Source: an uncultured Verrucomicrobiae bacterium (GTDB lineage: Bacteria; Verrucomicrobiota; Verrucomicrobiia; Chthoniobacterales; UBA10450). Taken from it: a stretch of DNA of 64,000 bases. The stretch covers positions 1,408,001 through 1,472,000 of the forward strand of contig CAVYXA010000001.1 in the NCBI GenBank assembly GCA_963772365.1, in the 5' to 3' direction. The notes below the pieces were generated by a model. It was given only the letters and a program-made list of their open reading frames with translations, ran no database searches and was not told where the DNA came from. Positions 1 to 10,871 of the stretch are shown here, piece by piece (positions within the stretch are counted from its first letter, which is position 1; the number at the start of each line of letters is the position of its first letter). The position numbers were made by a program, and so were the translations under genes.

Positions 1-1803
1 CACCCGATTGCCCATTTGGCCAAGGAAATGCCGGCAGCACATCAAATCGCTCATGAAAGTGCGAGCCATTCTCGAAACGCATTTCAAGGACATGCAAGAC
101 CTTGAGTTCACTGTGGAAGAAAACCGGCTCTACATCTTGCAAACCAGAAACGGAAAACGCACCGGGCATGCCGCCGTCCGGATCGCCGTTGACATGGTGG
201 ACGAAAAGCTGATTCCGAAAAAGGAAGCTGTTCGTCGTATCCCGGCAGATTCTTTGTCCCACCTTCTGGCGCCGATTTTCGATCGACAATCCGCCCGCGA
301 GGCAAAAAAGATCGGGAGTGGTCTCGCAGCCGGACCGGGAGCTGCATCCGGTCAGGTCGTCTTCAGCGCATCCGAGGCGGTGCTTCGTTCGGAGAAAGGA
401 CAAAAAGTTGTGCTCGCGCGAATCGAGACTTCCCCGGAAGACTTGCGCGGGATGATTGCCGCAGAAGGAATTCTAACCGCGCGCGGCGGCGTATCTTCGC
501 ATGCTGCGTTAGTCGCTCGTCAGATGGGCAAAGTCTGCGTCTGCGGCGCGAGCGAAATTCAGATCGATTATCAAGCCCGAAGGCTTACCGCCAATGGCAC
601 CTCATTGAAACAGGGCGATTACATTTCAATCGATGGAACTGCCGGTGAAGTTTTCGCCGGCGAAGTAACGACCGCGCCATCGGAGATCGTCCAGGTTCTC
701 GTAGATCGATCGCTCGATCCGAAGCAAGAGCATCACGTATCAGGAATATGCAAAGCTGATGAAATGGGCCGACGAATTCCGCAAACTCGGCATTCGCACA
801 AATGCCGACACGCCTGAGCAGGTAAAAAATGCTGTTGCATTCGGAGCCGAAGGAATCGGTCTTTGCCGGACTGAGCACATGTTTTTCGAAGGCGATCGAA
901 TCGACGCGATGCGCGAAATGATTCTCGCCGGCACAAAACAGGAGCGCGCCCAAGCCGTGGCAAAGTTGTTGCCGTATCAGCGCGGTGATTTTGTCGGCAT
1001 CTTCACCGCTCTGAAAGGGCTTCCAGCGACGATCCGTTTTCTCGATCCTCCGTTGCATGAATTTCTTCCCGCCGATCATACGCTCCAAAACGAACTTGCT
1101 GAGAAAATCGGCATGCCAGCGGAGAAAATCGCGCGACGGGTTGAGGAGCTGCACGAGTTTAACCCGATGCTCGGGCATCGGGGTTGCCGGCTCGGCATTT
1201 CATTCCCCGAAATTTCGGAGATGCAGGCTCGCGCCATCTTCGAGGCAGCTGGCGGAAGTGCAAGCCAAAGGAATCAAGGTGCATCCCGAAATCATGATCC
1301 CGCTGGTCGGTTTTCCCCGCGAGCTAAAACTCCAGATCGATATTGTCCGTCGCGTGGCCGATGAAGTGGCCAAAGAGCGGAAAACCAAATTCAATTATCT
1401 CGTCGGAACGATGATCGAGATTCCGCGTGCCGCGCTTTTAGCTGATGAAATTGCGCGCGATGCCGAGTTCTTCAGTTTCGGCACGAACGATCTGACTCAA
1501 ACAACGCTCGGAATGAGCCGGGACGATTCCGGTAGTTTTCTTCCGCACTATGCTGAGCTCGATATTGTCGATGCTAACCCATTTGCCTCGATCGATCAGA
1601 AAGGGGTCGGCCGGCTAATGGAGATCACGCGCGATTTGGGACGAAAGACTCGTCCAGATATCAAGCTTGGCATTTGCGGCGAACACGGCGGCGATCCTGC
1701 CAGCGTGAAGTTTTGCCATAAGCTTGGGCTCAATTATGTGAGTTGCAGCCCGTTTCGAATACCGATTGCCCGCCTGGCCGCAGCTCAGGCTGCGATCGCC
1801 TGA
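1..1803 (+). CDS. ppdK: Pyruvate phosphate dikinase, 3' part, split by apparent frameshifts near 45, 728 and 1251
   Basis: Three overlapping frames give continuous PPDK motifs: [32 protein letters not shown] (phospho-His), [47 protein letters not shown]. Confidence 0.95.
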
Positions 1804-1818
1804 GGCAAAGGGCCCGCA

Positions 1819-4197
1819 TTATTTTGTTTTTGCCGACCAAAACTCCTGCCACGCGGTCCACGCGCGTTCCCAATTTTCTTTTGCAGCCCAGGTCTCAGCT
1901 TCAAGGTAATGGAGATAAGCGGGCGAACTCGGGCGTTCAGTGAAATGGCGGATGGTGTTCAGGGCGTCGTCGATCCTCCCCGCGTCCATCTGCTTGCGAT
2001 AAAGTGCGTAGCCAATGGCGAGATTATCCGGGTTGGAATAGAAGCGCTGGTTTAGCTCATCCAACGAAAGAGTCGTTTGGGCAATGCGAGGTAGCGCAGC
2101 GGGTTCACCAAAACGCTGCGTCAGTTGATAGGCTGCCCGGAAATCGTTCTTGCTCGCGTAATATTTCGCCATGCCAAGCCAGGCGTACTGAAGCCAGCCG
2201 GGATGATTCGCCACTTCTTGGACCAACTTTTCTCGGTCACCCCGATCGGACCACAAGGTGAAGAGTGCGAGCTTCTGCGTCTCGGTCAGTTTTCGCAAAT
2301 CGGGATCATTTTTCAAAAACTCTGTAAGCGCGCGATCGAAATCGGCCCCCGATTGGTCGGACAGATAGGCCAGCACTAAATCGGGCTGAGTCAGGCCTGT
2401 CTCCTTCAGAAGACTCCCGATCAGAGGATTGTCTTTCGGCGCGGTTCGCAAGATGACTGAATAAACCCCGCGTCGATCGTCTCCGGCCCTGCGCAATGCT
2501 TCCCGCCACGCCGTAGCTGCGAGAACCGGATTCGATGACATCCAGATGTTTCCTTCGGCCAATGGAACCTCGTAAGAGTTCGGTTCGAGAAAACGAGCGC
2601 GGCGAAAATCCGCGAGGGCGTTCGCCGGCTTTTTCTGTGCAACTTCAGCAGTCGCGCGCAAGAAATAGAGCTGCCAATCGAGCGGCGCCCATTCGAGTGC
2701 TTGTGACGTCAAAGTGATCGTTCGAGGAAAATTCCAGCCGCGATTTGCGATTTCCGAAAGTTCCCTGGCGCTCTCGACTCCCACCGATCCGGGAATAAGC
2801 ATTCTTCCCCGCGCAGCGACTGTCCACGAAACGCCGGCAATAAGCAGCGCAAGTCCGATGAGACGAAACGAAATCGGGATGAGCCGGTTTGATTTCAAAT
2901 CCAGCGGCCGATGCAATGATAAACCGAGCAGAAAAATACCGGCAAACACGGTTCCTACTTTGTGCCCCGGAACATCGACAAGCCCATGGAGCGCAAATAT
3001 GAGCGCAGCGAAAAGCGAGGCCAACCGAAAGCGTTGATTCGTGCCTTCTCGCAGCGGAAAAACTCGACGAATCAACAGCGCGATTCCTAAGACCACCATC
3101 ACGACGGCTGGCCAACCTGCTTCCGCCCAAAGCCAAATCCAGTCACTCTCAGGATGTAGTGCGCGAGTGTTGCCGATCGATTGGTTGCGAAAAATTGCGA
3201 AGACGGATTCGAAATTGCCCAGGCCGATTCCGCACCAGGGCGAGGACCGAATCATTTGGAAAGCATCGTGAAATATGCGCCAGCGAAAATCGGTTGTTAT
3301 GCCGGGACCTTCAAAACCTCGGAGATGAAAACGTTCCAGGGTTTGCCCGCCCAGGAGCAGAAGCGCAGTTACCAGAAGTAGAAGGAAAGAGAGGCCGATT
3401 GCGACGGGCGCCGGGGAACGTTGTCGCACCGCGACAATCGCAATCCACAGGGCGCTTCCGCCCACGAGGATCAGAATTCCAGCACGCGAATAATCAAGAA
3501 TGATCGCCCCGACCAGTATCGCGAGCCCAATCACCCACAAAAACCAGCTTTTTCGGCTTCGCCGAAGATCATCCTGACCGCAGGCCAGCAGGACGATCGC
3601 AGTGATGCCAAACAGATCGGCCGTATGATTTCGGTTTGGGAATGGCCCGAAGCCGCGCTCGTTTTTCCAGAACGGCAAAGCGAGATGCAGCCAGTAAAGC
3701 ACCAGGCAAATCGACGCTAAAAATGTTACGCCGATAACGAAGATGCGCAGTTGAAATCGGGTCAGGCGCAGCCCGATCTCCTGCGTGCTGACGACATAGA
3801 GCCAGGCGATTCCGGCGATCAAAGTGATCATTCCTCCTCCGGTGATCCAGGGCTGAGGAGAAACGGTTTGGGCTAAATAAATCCCAAGATCGTTAGTGAA
3901 AGCGCGCCGCCAGGCCGGCAAAAAGAACCAGTCAGCAGGCCAAAAGGCAACTGCTGTCAAAGCAACAAAAACGACCAGAACACAATTGAAGATGAGCCCC
4001 AGGGAGACGCGCGGTGGCCGCACGAGCATGTACAAACCGAGAATCGCGACGATAATTCCCTCAGCCCATTTTTGCGTACTGCCGCCAAGGAAACAGGCAA
4101 ACACCGGAAGCAACGCGATGATCCCGCTGCTCGCCCATTGACTGGTCGAGATAGTTCGACTGCGCTGAAGATTAGGATGCTCAGCAGAATCTGGCAT
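1819..4197 (-). CDS. O-antigen ligase (Wzy_C)-family membrane protein with C-terminal TPR-like region
   Basis: 792 aa; many TM segments; GPFPNRNH, SRAG, R..I..D, PWCGIGLGNF, HPESDW motifs; helical C-terminal half. Confidence 0.8.
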   Translation of the reverse strand: MPDSAEHPNLQRSRTISTSQWASSGIIALLPVFACFLGGSTQKWAEGIIVAILGLYMLVRPPRVSLGLIFNCVLVVFVALTAVAFWPADWFFLPAWRRAFTNDLGIYLAQTVSPQPWITGGGMITLIAGIAWLYVVSTQEIGLRLTRFQLRIFVIGVTFLASICLVLYWLHLALPFWKNERGFGPFPNRNHTADLFGITAIVLLACGQDDLRRSRKSWFLWVIGLAILVGAIILDYSRAGILILVGGSALWIAIVAVRQRSPAPVAIGLSFLLLLVTALLLLGGQTLERFHLRGFEGPGITTDFRWRIFHDAFQMIRSSPWCGIGLGNFESVFAIFRNQSIGNTRALHPESDWIWLWAEAGWPAVVMVVLGIALLIRRVFPLREGTNQRFRLASLFAALIFALHGLVDVPGHKVGTVFAGIFLLGLSLHRPLDLKSNRLIPISFRLIGLALLIAGVSWTVAARGRMLIPGSVGVESARELSEIANRGWNFPRTITLTSQALEWAPLDWQLYFLRATAEVAQKKPANALADFRRARFLEPNSYEVPLAEGNIWMSSNPVLAATAWREALRRAGDDRRGVYSVILRTAPKDNPLIGSLLKETGLTQPDLVLAYLSDQSGADFDRALTEFLKNDPDLRKLTETQKLALFTLWSDRGDREKLVQEVANHPGWLQYAWLGMAKYYASKNDFRAAYQLTQRFGEPAALPRIAQTTLSLDELNQRFYSNPDNLAIGYALYRKQMDAGRIDDALNTIRHFTERPSSPAYLHYLEAETWAAKENWERAWTAWQEFWSAKTK

Positions 4198-4301
4198 TAG
4201 CCGTCACTGATACCGCCATTCGGAGGGAAGTCGAGAAAACCCGTGGCACTAAGATTACCATGGTATGGGAATAGCTTTTCAGGTTTAATCTATTCCGTAA
4301 G

Positions 4302-4328
4302 TGTCATTCTGAGCGAAACGAAAATCTC
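4302..4328. repeat. Single arm of TGTCATTCTGAGCGAAGCGAAGAATCTC palindromic repeat family
   Basis: tgtcattctgagcgaaacgaaaatctc matches arms at 14916, 46845, 53011, 56387. Confidence 0.75.
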
Positions 4329-4408
4329 CAATCATCTTCTGTTTATCCCGGCTTAGTTGAAGGCGTGCCGTGATGGCGTAATCTCATTCCGCCCGACATA
4401 CAATAGTC

Positions 4409-5809
4409 ATGGTTACACAACGCACGGAAGGCCTTTACCGGCTTTTCCTGCTCTGCCAGATCATCCTCGTCGCCCTCCTCTTCTGGTTTGGGGTTTGGGT
4501 GATGGTCACCTTCTATTCTCCTGGGGCAGATCTGACGTGGAGCCGCTACAGCATCTACTGCGGCATGCTCGTGTTCGGGATGTTATTCGAATCGCTCACT
4601 CGCGATGGCTCGAAGAATTATTTTCTGCAAAACGAATTGCTCCGGCAGCACCAGCTCAGCCTTCGCCAAACCATCGCCAGCACTGGCACACTGGTTTTGT
4701 ATCTGATTGCGACCAAGGACGCGTTCATTTCGCGTGTCTTCTTCTTCAATTTTGTGCCGTGGCTGTATGTCGTGCTGCTTTTTTCTCATTACTATCTGCC
4801 TCCGCTGCTGGCCCGAACAATTTTCAAGCGGGAAGACAAAACATTGCTAATCGGGTCCACGCGGAAAGCGGCGCAGCTTCGGGAATGGCTCCGACGCAAA
4901 GCCACAATCGGACTTCATGCCATCGGCCTGATCTCCGATGAGAAGATCGACAAAACCGAAGACGGAATACCGGTGCTTGGCACGTCGGACGATTTGGAAA
5001 AGGTCATTCGCGAGCGCGGCATCACACAAGTGATTCTCCTGGAGTTTCCGCTCTTTACCGAGATCAACTGGAACATTATTCGCACGTGCGACCAGCTCGG
5101 GATCCGCCTGCTTATTGTGAGCGATCTCGAGGAAAAGCTGCGCCACTCGGTCACTCACTTCGAGGACGACGGCTTTCGGTTTATCGGTCTGCGAGAAGAA
5201 CCTCTGGAAAATCCTCTCAACCGCTTCTTCAAACGTGCGATCGATCTGGCAATCGCGACCCCGGTAATGCTAATCGTTTTTCCGGTGCTCGCTGTTATCG
5301 TCTGGATCGCGCAACGCCTGCAATCGCCCGGTCCGCTCTTTCATAAGCAAGTCCGGGCCGGCATCCAGAATCGGCAATTCACAATCTACAAATTCCGGAC
5401 CATGCGACCCGACCATACGGAAGTGGAGCGACAAGCAACTGACCACGACGACCGCATTTATCCGATTGCAAAATGGTTTCGTAAACTCAGCATCGACGAG
5501 GTCCCCCAGTTTTGGAACGTGCTCCGCGGCGACATGAGCATCGTCGGGCCGCGTCCACATTTGATTGAGCATAACAATCAATTCTCGCGATTACTCGCTA
5601 ACTATCACGTCCGCGCCTTTGTAAAGCCTGGAATCACCGGCCTCGCCCAGGTTCGCGGCTTTCGCGGCGAAGCGCGCAATAGCGACGACATCGCGAATCG
5701 CGTGGCCTGCGATCTCGAGTATCTCGAAAATTGGAATCTCTCATTGGAATGCGGAATCATCCTCCGCACATTTGCGCAATTGATTGTGCCACCCCGGACG
5801 GCATATTAA
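4409..5809 (+). CDS. Polyprenyl glycosylphosphotransferase (WcaJ-like priming glycosyltransferase)
   Basis: N-terminal TMs; KRAIDL, SPGPLF, IYKFRTM, RKLSIDEVPQFWNVLRGDMSIVGPRP, KPGITGLAQV, DLEY motifs. Confidence 0.92.
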   Translation: MVTQRTEGLYRLFLLCQIILVALLFWFGVWVMVTFYSPGADLTWSRYSIYCGMLVFGMLFESLTRDGSKNYFLQNELLRQHQLSLRQTIASTGTLVLYLIATKDAFISRVFFFNFVPWLYVVLLFSHYYLPPLLARTIFKREDKTLLIGSTRKAAQLREWLRRKATIGLHAIGLISDEKIDKTEDGIPVLGTSDDLEKVIRERGITQVILLEFPLFTEINWNIIRTCDQLGIRLLIVSDLEEKLRHSVTHFEDDGFRFIGLREEPLENPLNRFFKRAIDLAIATPVMLIVFPVLAVIVWIAQRLQSPGPLFHKQVRAGIQNRQFTIYKFRTMRPDHTEVERQATDHDDRIYPIAKWFRKLSIDEVPQFWNVLRGDMSIVGPRPHLIEHNNQFSRLLANYHVRAFVKPGITGLAQVRGFRGEARNSDDIANRVACDLEYLENWNLSLECGIILRTFAQLIVPPRTAY

Positions 5810-5828
5810 CGGGAACGCTTTTGAAATT

Positions 5829-7970
5829 CTATGCCGCCCATTCGGCGCAGAGGAGCTCAGCTTGTTGGAGGACGAGTTTTGTTGCTTCGTCCTGCAAATC
5901 TGGTGGGTAGCCGTGCTTTCGGAGGATGCGTTTCACCATTACCTTGATTTTAGCTTGGGCGCTTTCGCGCAGGGTCCAATCGATGGTTACGCTCTTACGA
6001 ACTTGCGTTACGAGCTCGGCGGCAATGACTTTTAGCTCGTCTTTGCCCATCGCTTCCACGGCGCTGTCGTTTGCTGCTAACGCGTCGTAAAAGGCGACCT
6101 CGTCGTCGGTCAGGCCAAGGTCGACACCGCGCTTGTCGGCTTCGCTCAATTGTTTGGCGAGCTTGATCAACTCTTCAATGACTTCCTGGGTGGCGATCGC
6201 TCTATTATGATAGGCGTTTAGCGTCTTCTTCAGCATCTCGCTGAACTCGCGGCTTTGGACGAGGTTTCGCTTGGATCGCACTTTGATCTCGTCCCCTAAC
6301 AGCTTCGCGAGTAGCTCGGCTGCAACGTTCTTGTATTTGAGTCCCCTCACCTCGGCCAGGAATTGATCGCTCAGAATGCTGATGTCGGGTTGTTTCAGTC
6401 CAGCCGCGCTGAAGACGTCGATAATCTCGCCTTCGGGAACGATCGCTTTCGCGACTAGCTGTCTAACAGCATGATCGAGTGACTCGGATGACTTGCGTTC
6501 GCTGCGCGGTTTGGCGAGCGCGGCTTTGACGGCTTGGAAAAAGCCGATGTCATCGCGAATATCGAGTGCGTCCTCGCTCCCTGCACAGAGGGCGAAGGCT
6601 TGCGATAATTCGGTGACGATCTGGACGAAGCGCTCCTTACCCTTCTCCTGCTCTAAGATGTGCTCCTGCGCTGGCGGGAGCAGCGCCATCTTTTGTGCTG
6701 GCTTGCCGTCGCGCCACTCGGACCAGTCGAAGCCGTGCATCATTCCGCAGGCTATCTCGTGCTTCTCCTGCATCGCCGCGATTGCGGCGGCAGTGTCGAT
6801 GCTCGGATCACCGCGGCCGCCGCTTTGCGTGTAGGTCGCCAGCGCCTGCTTCAGCTGGTCGGCAAGGCCGAGGTAGTCGACGACCAAGCCGCCTGGCTTG
6901 TCGCGGAAGACGCGGTTCACGCGCGCGATGGCTTGCATGAGTCCATGCCCGCGCATCGGCTTGTCGACGTACATCGTGCTAAGCGACGGCGCGTCGAAGC
7001 CGGTCAGCCACATGTCGCGCACGATCACAATCTTAAAAGGATCCTTCGGATCTTTGAAGCGACCCGCGAGCGCGCGGCGTTTATCTTTGTTGCGAATGTG
7101 CGGCTGCCAGTCGGGGCCATCCTCTGCGCTGCCGGTCATGACGATCTTTGCGACGCATGACTTTCCGTTGTCATCATCGTTCGGTGCGCTCGCCCATTCG
7201 GGGCGTAGCGCGATGATCGCGTTGTACATTTCCACGCAGATGCGGCGGCTCATGCAGACGATCATCGCCTTGCCTTCCATCGCTTCGAGCCGGCGTTCGT
7301 AATGTTGGACAAGGTCGGCGGCGATCAGGTCGATGCGCTTCGGATTGCCGACGAGCGCTTCAAGCGCGGCCCACTTGGTTTTCAGCTTCTCCTTGCGTGT
7401 CAGCTCTTCGCCTTCGGTGATCGCTTCGAATTCCTCGTCGATCTTCGGCAGCTCGCTTTGGTTCAACCCCAGCTTGGCGACGCGGCTCTCGTAATAGATC
7501 GGCACCGTCGCCTTGTCGGCCACGGCGCGCTGGATGTCGTAGATGCTGATGTAATCGCCGAAGACCGCGCGCGTATTGGCGTCGGTCTTCTCGATCGGCG
7601 TGCCGGTGAAGCCGATAAACGACGCGTTCGGGAGCGAGTCGCGCAGGTTGCGCGCGAGCCCGTCGATCAAGTCGTATTGGCTGCGGTGCGCTTCATCGGC
7701 GATCACGATGATGTTGCGGCGCTTCGAAAGCAGAGGTGCTCTTCCGGTGTCGGCTTCCTGCGCGAATTTTTGGATGATAGTGAAAACCACGCCGCCGCTC
7801 GCGACATTGAGCAGCTTGCGCAGGTGCTCGACCGAGTCCGCCTGCAGTGGGGTCTGGCGCAGGATGGCGTGACAACGCTGGAACTGGCCGAAGAGTTGAT
7901 CGTCCAGGTCGGGTCGATCGGTTAAGGAAACCAGCGTCGGATTCGCCATCGCCGGCTCTTCGATGATGCA
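5829..7970 (-). pseudogene. hsdR: Type I restriction enzyme R subunit, N-terminally truncated (nuclease domain and Walker A absent)
   Basis: [46 protein letters not shown] motifs and typical C-terminus; homology starts at [11 protein letters not shown], just after where GSGKS should be. Confidence 0.88.
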
Positions 7971-8075
7971 GCCCGCTCCTCGACCGCGGCTGGGACCTAA
8001 ATACAGGCGCGGGCGCGACGGAGCCAAACGTCTGAAATATTCCTGGCGAATTTCCTTCTCCTGGCCCGCATCTAT

Positions 8076-8408
8076 ATGCTAGACGCGAGTATGCGCACGT
8101 CACGATCAGGGGCGGTTTACAATCGTTGGACCCAACCAAGCTACGAAATAAAAGTTCGCGGGACGATGCATCTTTGGGGCTCCGCCGGCATTACCAAAGA
8201 CATCGCTTTTGACAAGCCGCTGCTGCTTCACATCCACAACGACCTTTTCGGCGAAGCCATTACTTTCGGAACGCACAAGTCATCGGGAGGCAATGAAACG
8301 ATCGGAACTCTCCAGCCCGGAGAATTCATTTCGATTCCCCTGAATGATATTTCCGGCGTTTTCGCCACTTGCGAGCACGAATCCACGGTGTGTTGCCTGA
8401 TTAAGTAA
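8076..8408 (+). CDS. Hypothetical small beta-rich protein (start may be 8090)
   Basis: 110-aa ORF, co-oriented with and 53 bp before 8462; three Cys near C-terminus. Confidence 0.65.
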   Translation: MLDASMRTSRSGAVYNRWTQPSYEIKVRGTMHLWGSAGITKDIAFDKPLLLHIHNDLFGEAITFGTHKSSGGNETIGTLQPGEFISIPLNDISGVFATCEHESTVCCLIK

Positions 8409-8461
8409 CAAATTCGCCATGTATGAAATCAACTGAATAAAAGAATAAAAACAGGAGCATT

Positions 8462-9769
8462 ATGCCACAAGTAACAGCAAAACCCCTTTCCCTGACCGTA
8501 AGGCCGTTCAAAGTCGCGAATCTTTGTTTCGAGGTCGGTGGTATCCTCGGAGAGTCGTTCGCCGAGCTAGGCGCACAAGTATTCGCCTTTGATTTCGACG
8601 ATGTCTACAAGTCGTTCCGGGATGCAAGTACCCTGCAAGGCAATGCCGGCCGCCTGGAGTTCGATTCGGTTCGCATTGATAAGCTGACCAAAACCCTTTT
8701 CACCCCATCGTTTCCACCCGGCACAGGCCACCCACCCGGGCCGGAGAGCCCCCGCCGGTTCGCATTAGCAGCGCTGCGTGCAGAACCGGTGAAGGCAGCT
8801 TTGAATAAAGCGATCCTCTCGCGCGAGAACGGCTTTATCACCAAATATGGGAAATCCACTGAAATCGCTTCCCTCCTGAAGGCGCATCGCGACGATAAAA
8901 CCTTCCGGCTAGATCGCCTTACGCATCGCTCCCAGCAGCGAACCAACAACCTCCTCTTCGCATACTCGCGGTCAGGCCGGAGTGAAAGCGATGTGGTAAC
9001 GAAGACGATTACCGATATAATATCGAAGCATCATGAAGAACCCTTTGTGACAACGGCGACAGTCTCCGATAAAACAACTACTTCGAGAGTTGCTCACGAA
9101 CATGTTGTCTCGGCGAATGCCGTCAAAAATAATGATCTAGCTGGTGCTGTCGAAATTCAGAGAGTCGAAAATACTGGCTATGAATTTAGGATGCCGTTTA
9201 TCGACGAGGATATGCGGAATGACCGGGACGTGCTTGTGCTAAGCGACCAGACCGTTTCTCACTTCCTGCAGACCCATTACTTGGACCGCCTTGAGGACGT
9301 TTACAAGAATGAACTGGCGTCGATCGATGCCGACGTCAACCAGATGCAGGTTGCTTACTTGAACACAATCCTTATGTCGCCCATTGACGGCGTTGTTACC
9401 GGTGTTTACAAACACCCCGGCAATCCGGTGGCCGCGGGCGAACCGGTGTTTCGCGTGGAAAACAATGACAACATCCTCATTGTCGCAAGGATTTCTTGCC
9501 GTGGGCCGATCGTGGTGGGTTCGGACACCACAGAGGGCTCGATGCTCCAGGTCACGACAAGGCTGTTTGACTTACCGAACTCACCTGTCACCACCGTCGA
9601 AGCCAAAATCGTAGCCGCCCGGATCCAGGGCGAGGACGACCAATGGGAGGTAATAGCCAAGCGCCCGAACACTGACAACGCCGGAAAGGGCGGCCCTCTT
9701 TTTCCTCTTGGGTACAGTTTCGATTATGACGACACGGAGGTTTCCGTTTTTGGACCTAACGAGATATAA
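8462..9769 (+). CDS. Atypical HlyD/membrane-fusion-protein-like protein without membrane anchor
   Basis: AGGAG RBS; split lipoyl-like halves (VRPFKVANLCFEVGGIL..ELGAQV and ILMSPIDGVVTGVYKHPGNPVAAGEPVFRV) flank a long helical/insert region. Confidence 0.7.
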   Translation: MPQVTAKPLSLTVRPFKVANLCFEVGGILGESFAELGAQVFAFDFDDVYKSFRDASTLQGNAGRLEFDSVRIDKLTKTLFTPSFPPGTGHPPGPESPRRFALAALRAEPVKAALNKAILSRENGFITKYGKSTEIASLLKAHRDDKTFRLDRLTHRSQQRTNNLLFAYSRSGRSESDVVTKTITDIISKHHEEPFVTTATVSDKTTTSRVAHEHVVSANAVKNNDLAGAVEIQRVENTGYEFRMPFIDEDMRNDRDVLVLSDQTVSHFLQTHYLDRLEDVYKNELASIDADVNQMQVAYLNTILMSPIDGVVTGVYKHPGNPVAAGEPVFRVENNDNILIVARISCRGPIVVGSDTTEGSMLQVTTRLFDLPNSPVTTVEAKIVAARIQGEDDQWEVIAKRPNTDNAGKGGPLFPLGYSFDYDDTEVSVFGPNEI

Positions 9770-9864
9770 AGAGTACGAGAAGGCGCAAACCGAGGCAATC
9801 GCTCTCCGCCATTGGTCTAAATCGTGGACCTGATGTCGCGCGCGCTCTGAAGTGAAGCGCCTAC

Positions 9865-9870
9865 TATAAT
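9865..9870 (+). promoter_or_regulatory. Candidate -10 box upstream of the acidic protein/RNase ORFs
   Basis: Perfect TATAAT in the AT-rich intergenic gap; no convincing -35. Confidence 0.3.
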
Positions 9871-9944
9871 TTGAAAGACAAATAGTATGATGATTAACCG
9901 CTCACTCAAGGACATCATATTTCCCGAATTTAGTGGAGGCGGTT

Positions 9945-10871
9945 ATGATGCATTCAGGTACTAGTGATGCATTCGGTGGTCGTGGTGGCCGCCTCGGCGA
10001 AAAGGACTATCAAGGCCGGATTCCGGACCAATCGACGCCGCCCGGCTGGAGGCCTAATCCTGTAGCATTCGATCCATTCAACCCATATAAGGGCGTTGAT
10101 CCGTCCACCGGTCGTCCCATTCTGAAGGATCCATCCACGAACGACCTTTACGGGCCATTCTGCAGCCTACACTTTCAGGACGTGTTCGATTCTACCGGCG
10201 GTCCGTTCATCGGTTATCCGCTTATTGGCGAGCCGTCCGATCCATGGGAGACGTTCGATCCTTTGGACAGTTTTGAGCTTACGTGGAAAACGGACGACAG
10301 AGGAGAAAGGCTATTGTGGGCGAAGAATGACGCAAATCCGGGGACCGCTTTCAACCCGACTGATCTGGAAACTGCCTCTGATTTCGATCCTGCGCCTAAT
10401 TACAATCCCGCTATTTCGGATACCGCCTCTGATACGGGTGGTTCATTCTATGTCGGAACATACCCCGATGAAGAAGGTGGTCCCCTGTATGATCATTTCG
10501 CCGATATTGACGGATTTGAATATAAATTTCTCACAGATGGGGCAACGAACCCGAATGACCTGAGTGAGTACGTGACTGTAGTAGCCCCGCGCGACCGTCC
10601 TTCCACACCGATCGACAAGTCCTCATCAGTTCCTCCGGAAGCAATAGCGCCGCCACCGGGAGATTCAGCTGACAGCTCCTCTGGCCGAAGTGCTCTAGAC
10701 CCGACTCCCCAATGGGTGAAGGAGACGGTGATTTTCAAGGACGAAGTGGATTTCGAGCGCGCACGGAATACTCCTCCGGCGGTTCCGGAGCACAGGTTTG
10801 GATTCTATCCCTTCAAAGACGCTGATCGAAGACTTACTGATCGATATGGCAACTTATGGACGAGCCGTTAA
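9945..10871 (+). CDS. Hypothetical Asp/Pro-rich acidic protein; possibly the N-terminal part of a toxin joined to 10798..11538
   Basis: GGAGG at 9935-9939 before ATG 9945/9948; ~308-aa ORF overlapping the next ORF by 74 bp. Confidence 0.65.
   Translation: MMHSGTSDAFGGRGGRLGEKDYQGRIPDQSTPPGWRPNPVAFDPFNPYKGVDPSTGRPILKDPSTNDLYGPFCSLHFQDVFDSTGGPFIGYPLIGEPSDPWETFDPLDSFELTWKTDDRGERLLWAKNDANPGTAFNPTDLETASDFDPAPNYNPAISDTASDTGGSFYVGTYPDEEGGPLYDHFADIDGFEYKFLTDGATNPNDLSEYVTVVAPRDRPSTPIDKSSSVPPEAIAPPPGDSADSSSGRSALDPTPQWVKETVIFKDEVDFERARNTPPAVPEHRFGFYPFKDADRRLTDRYGNLWTSR

Noticed and set aside
720..1260. Programmed frameshifting in ppdK
   Set aside because: No slippery heptamer; several independent indels across the contig point to sequence error.
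6493..7925. Long plus-strand ORFs antisense to hsdR (and similar shadows over dxs, DUF853, cysS)
   Set aside because: Typical shadow ORFs of GC-rich genes with no motifs.
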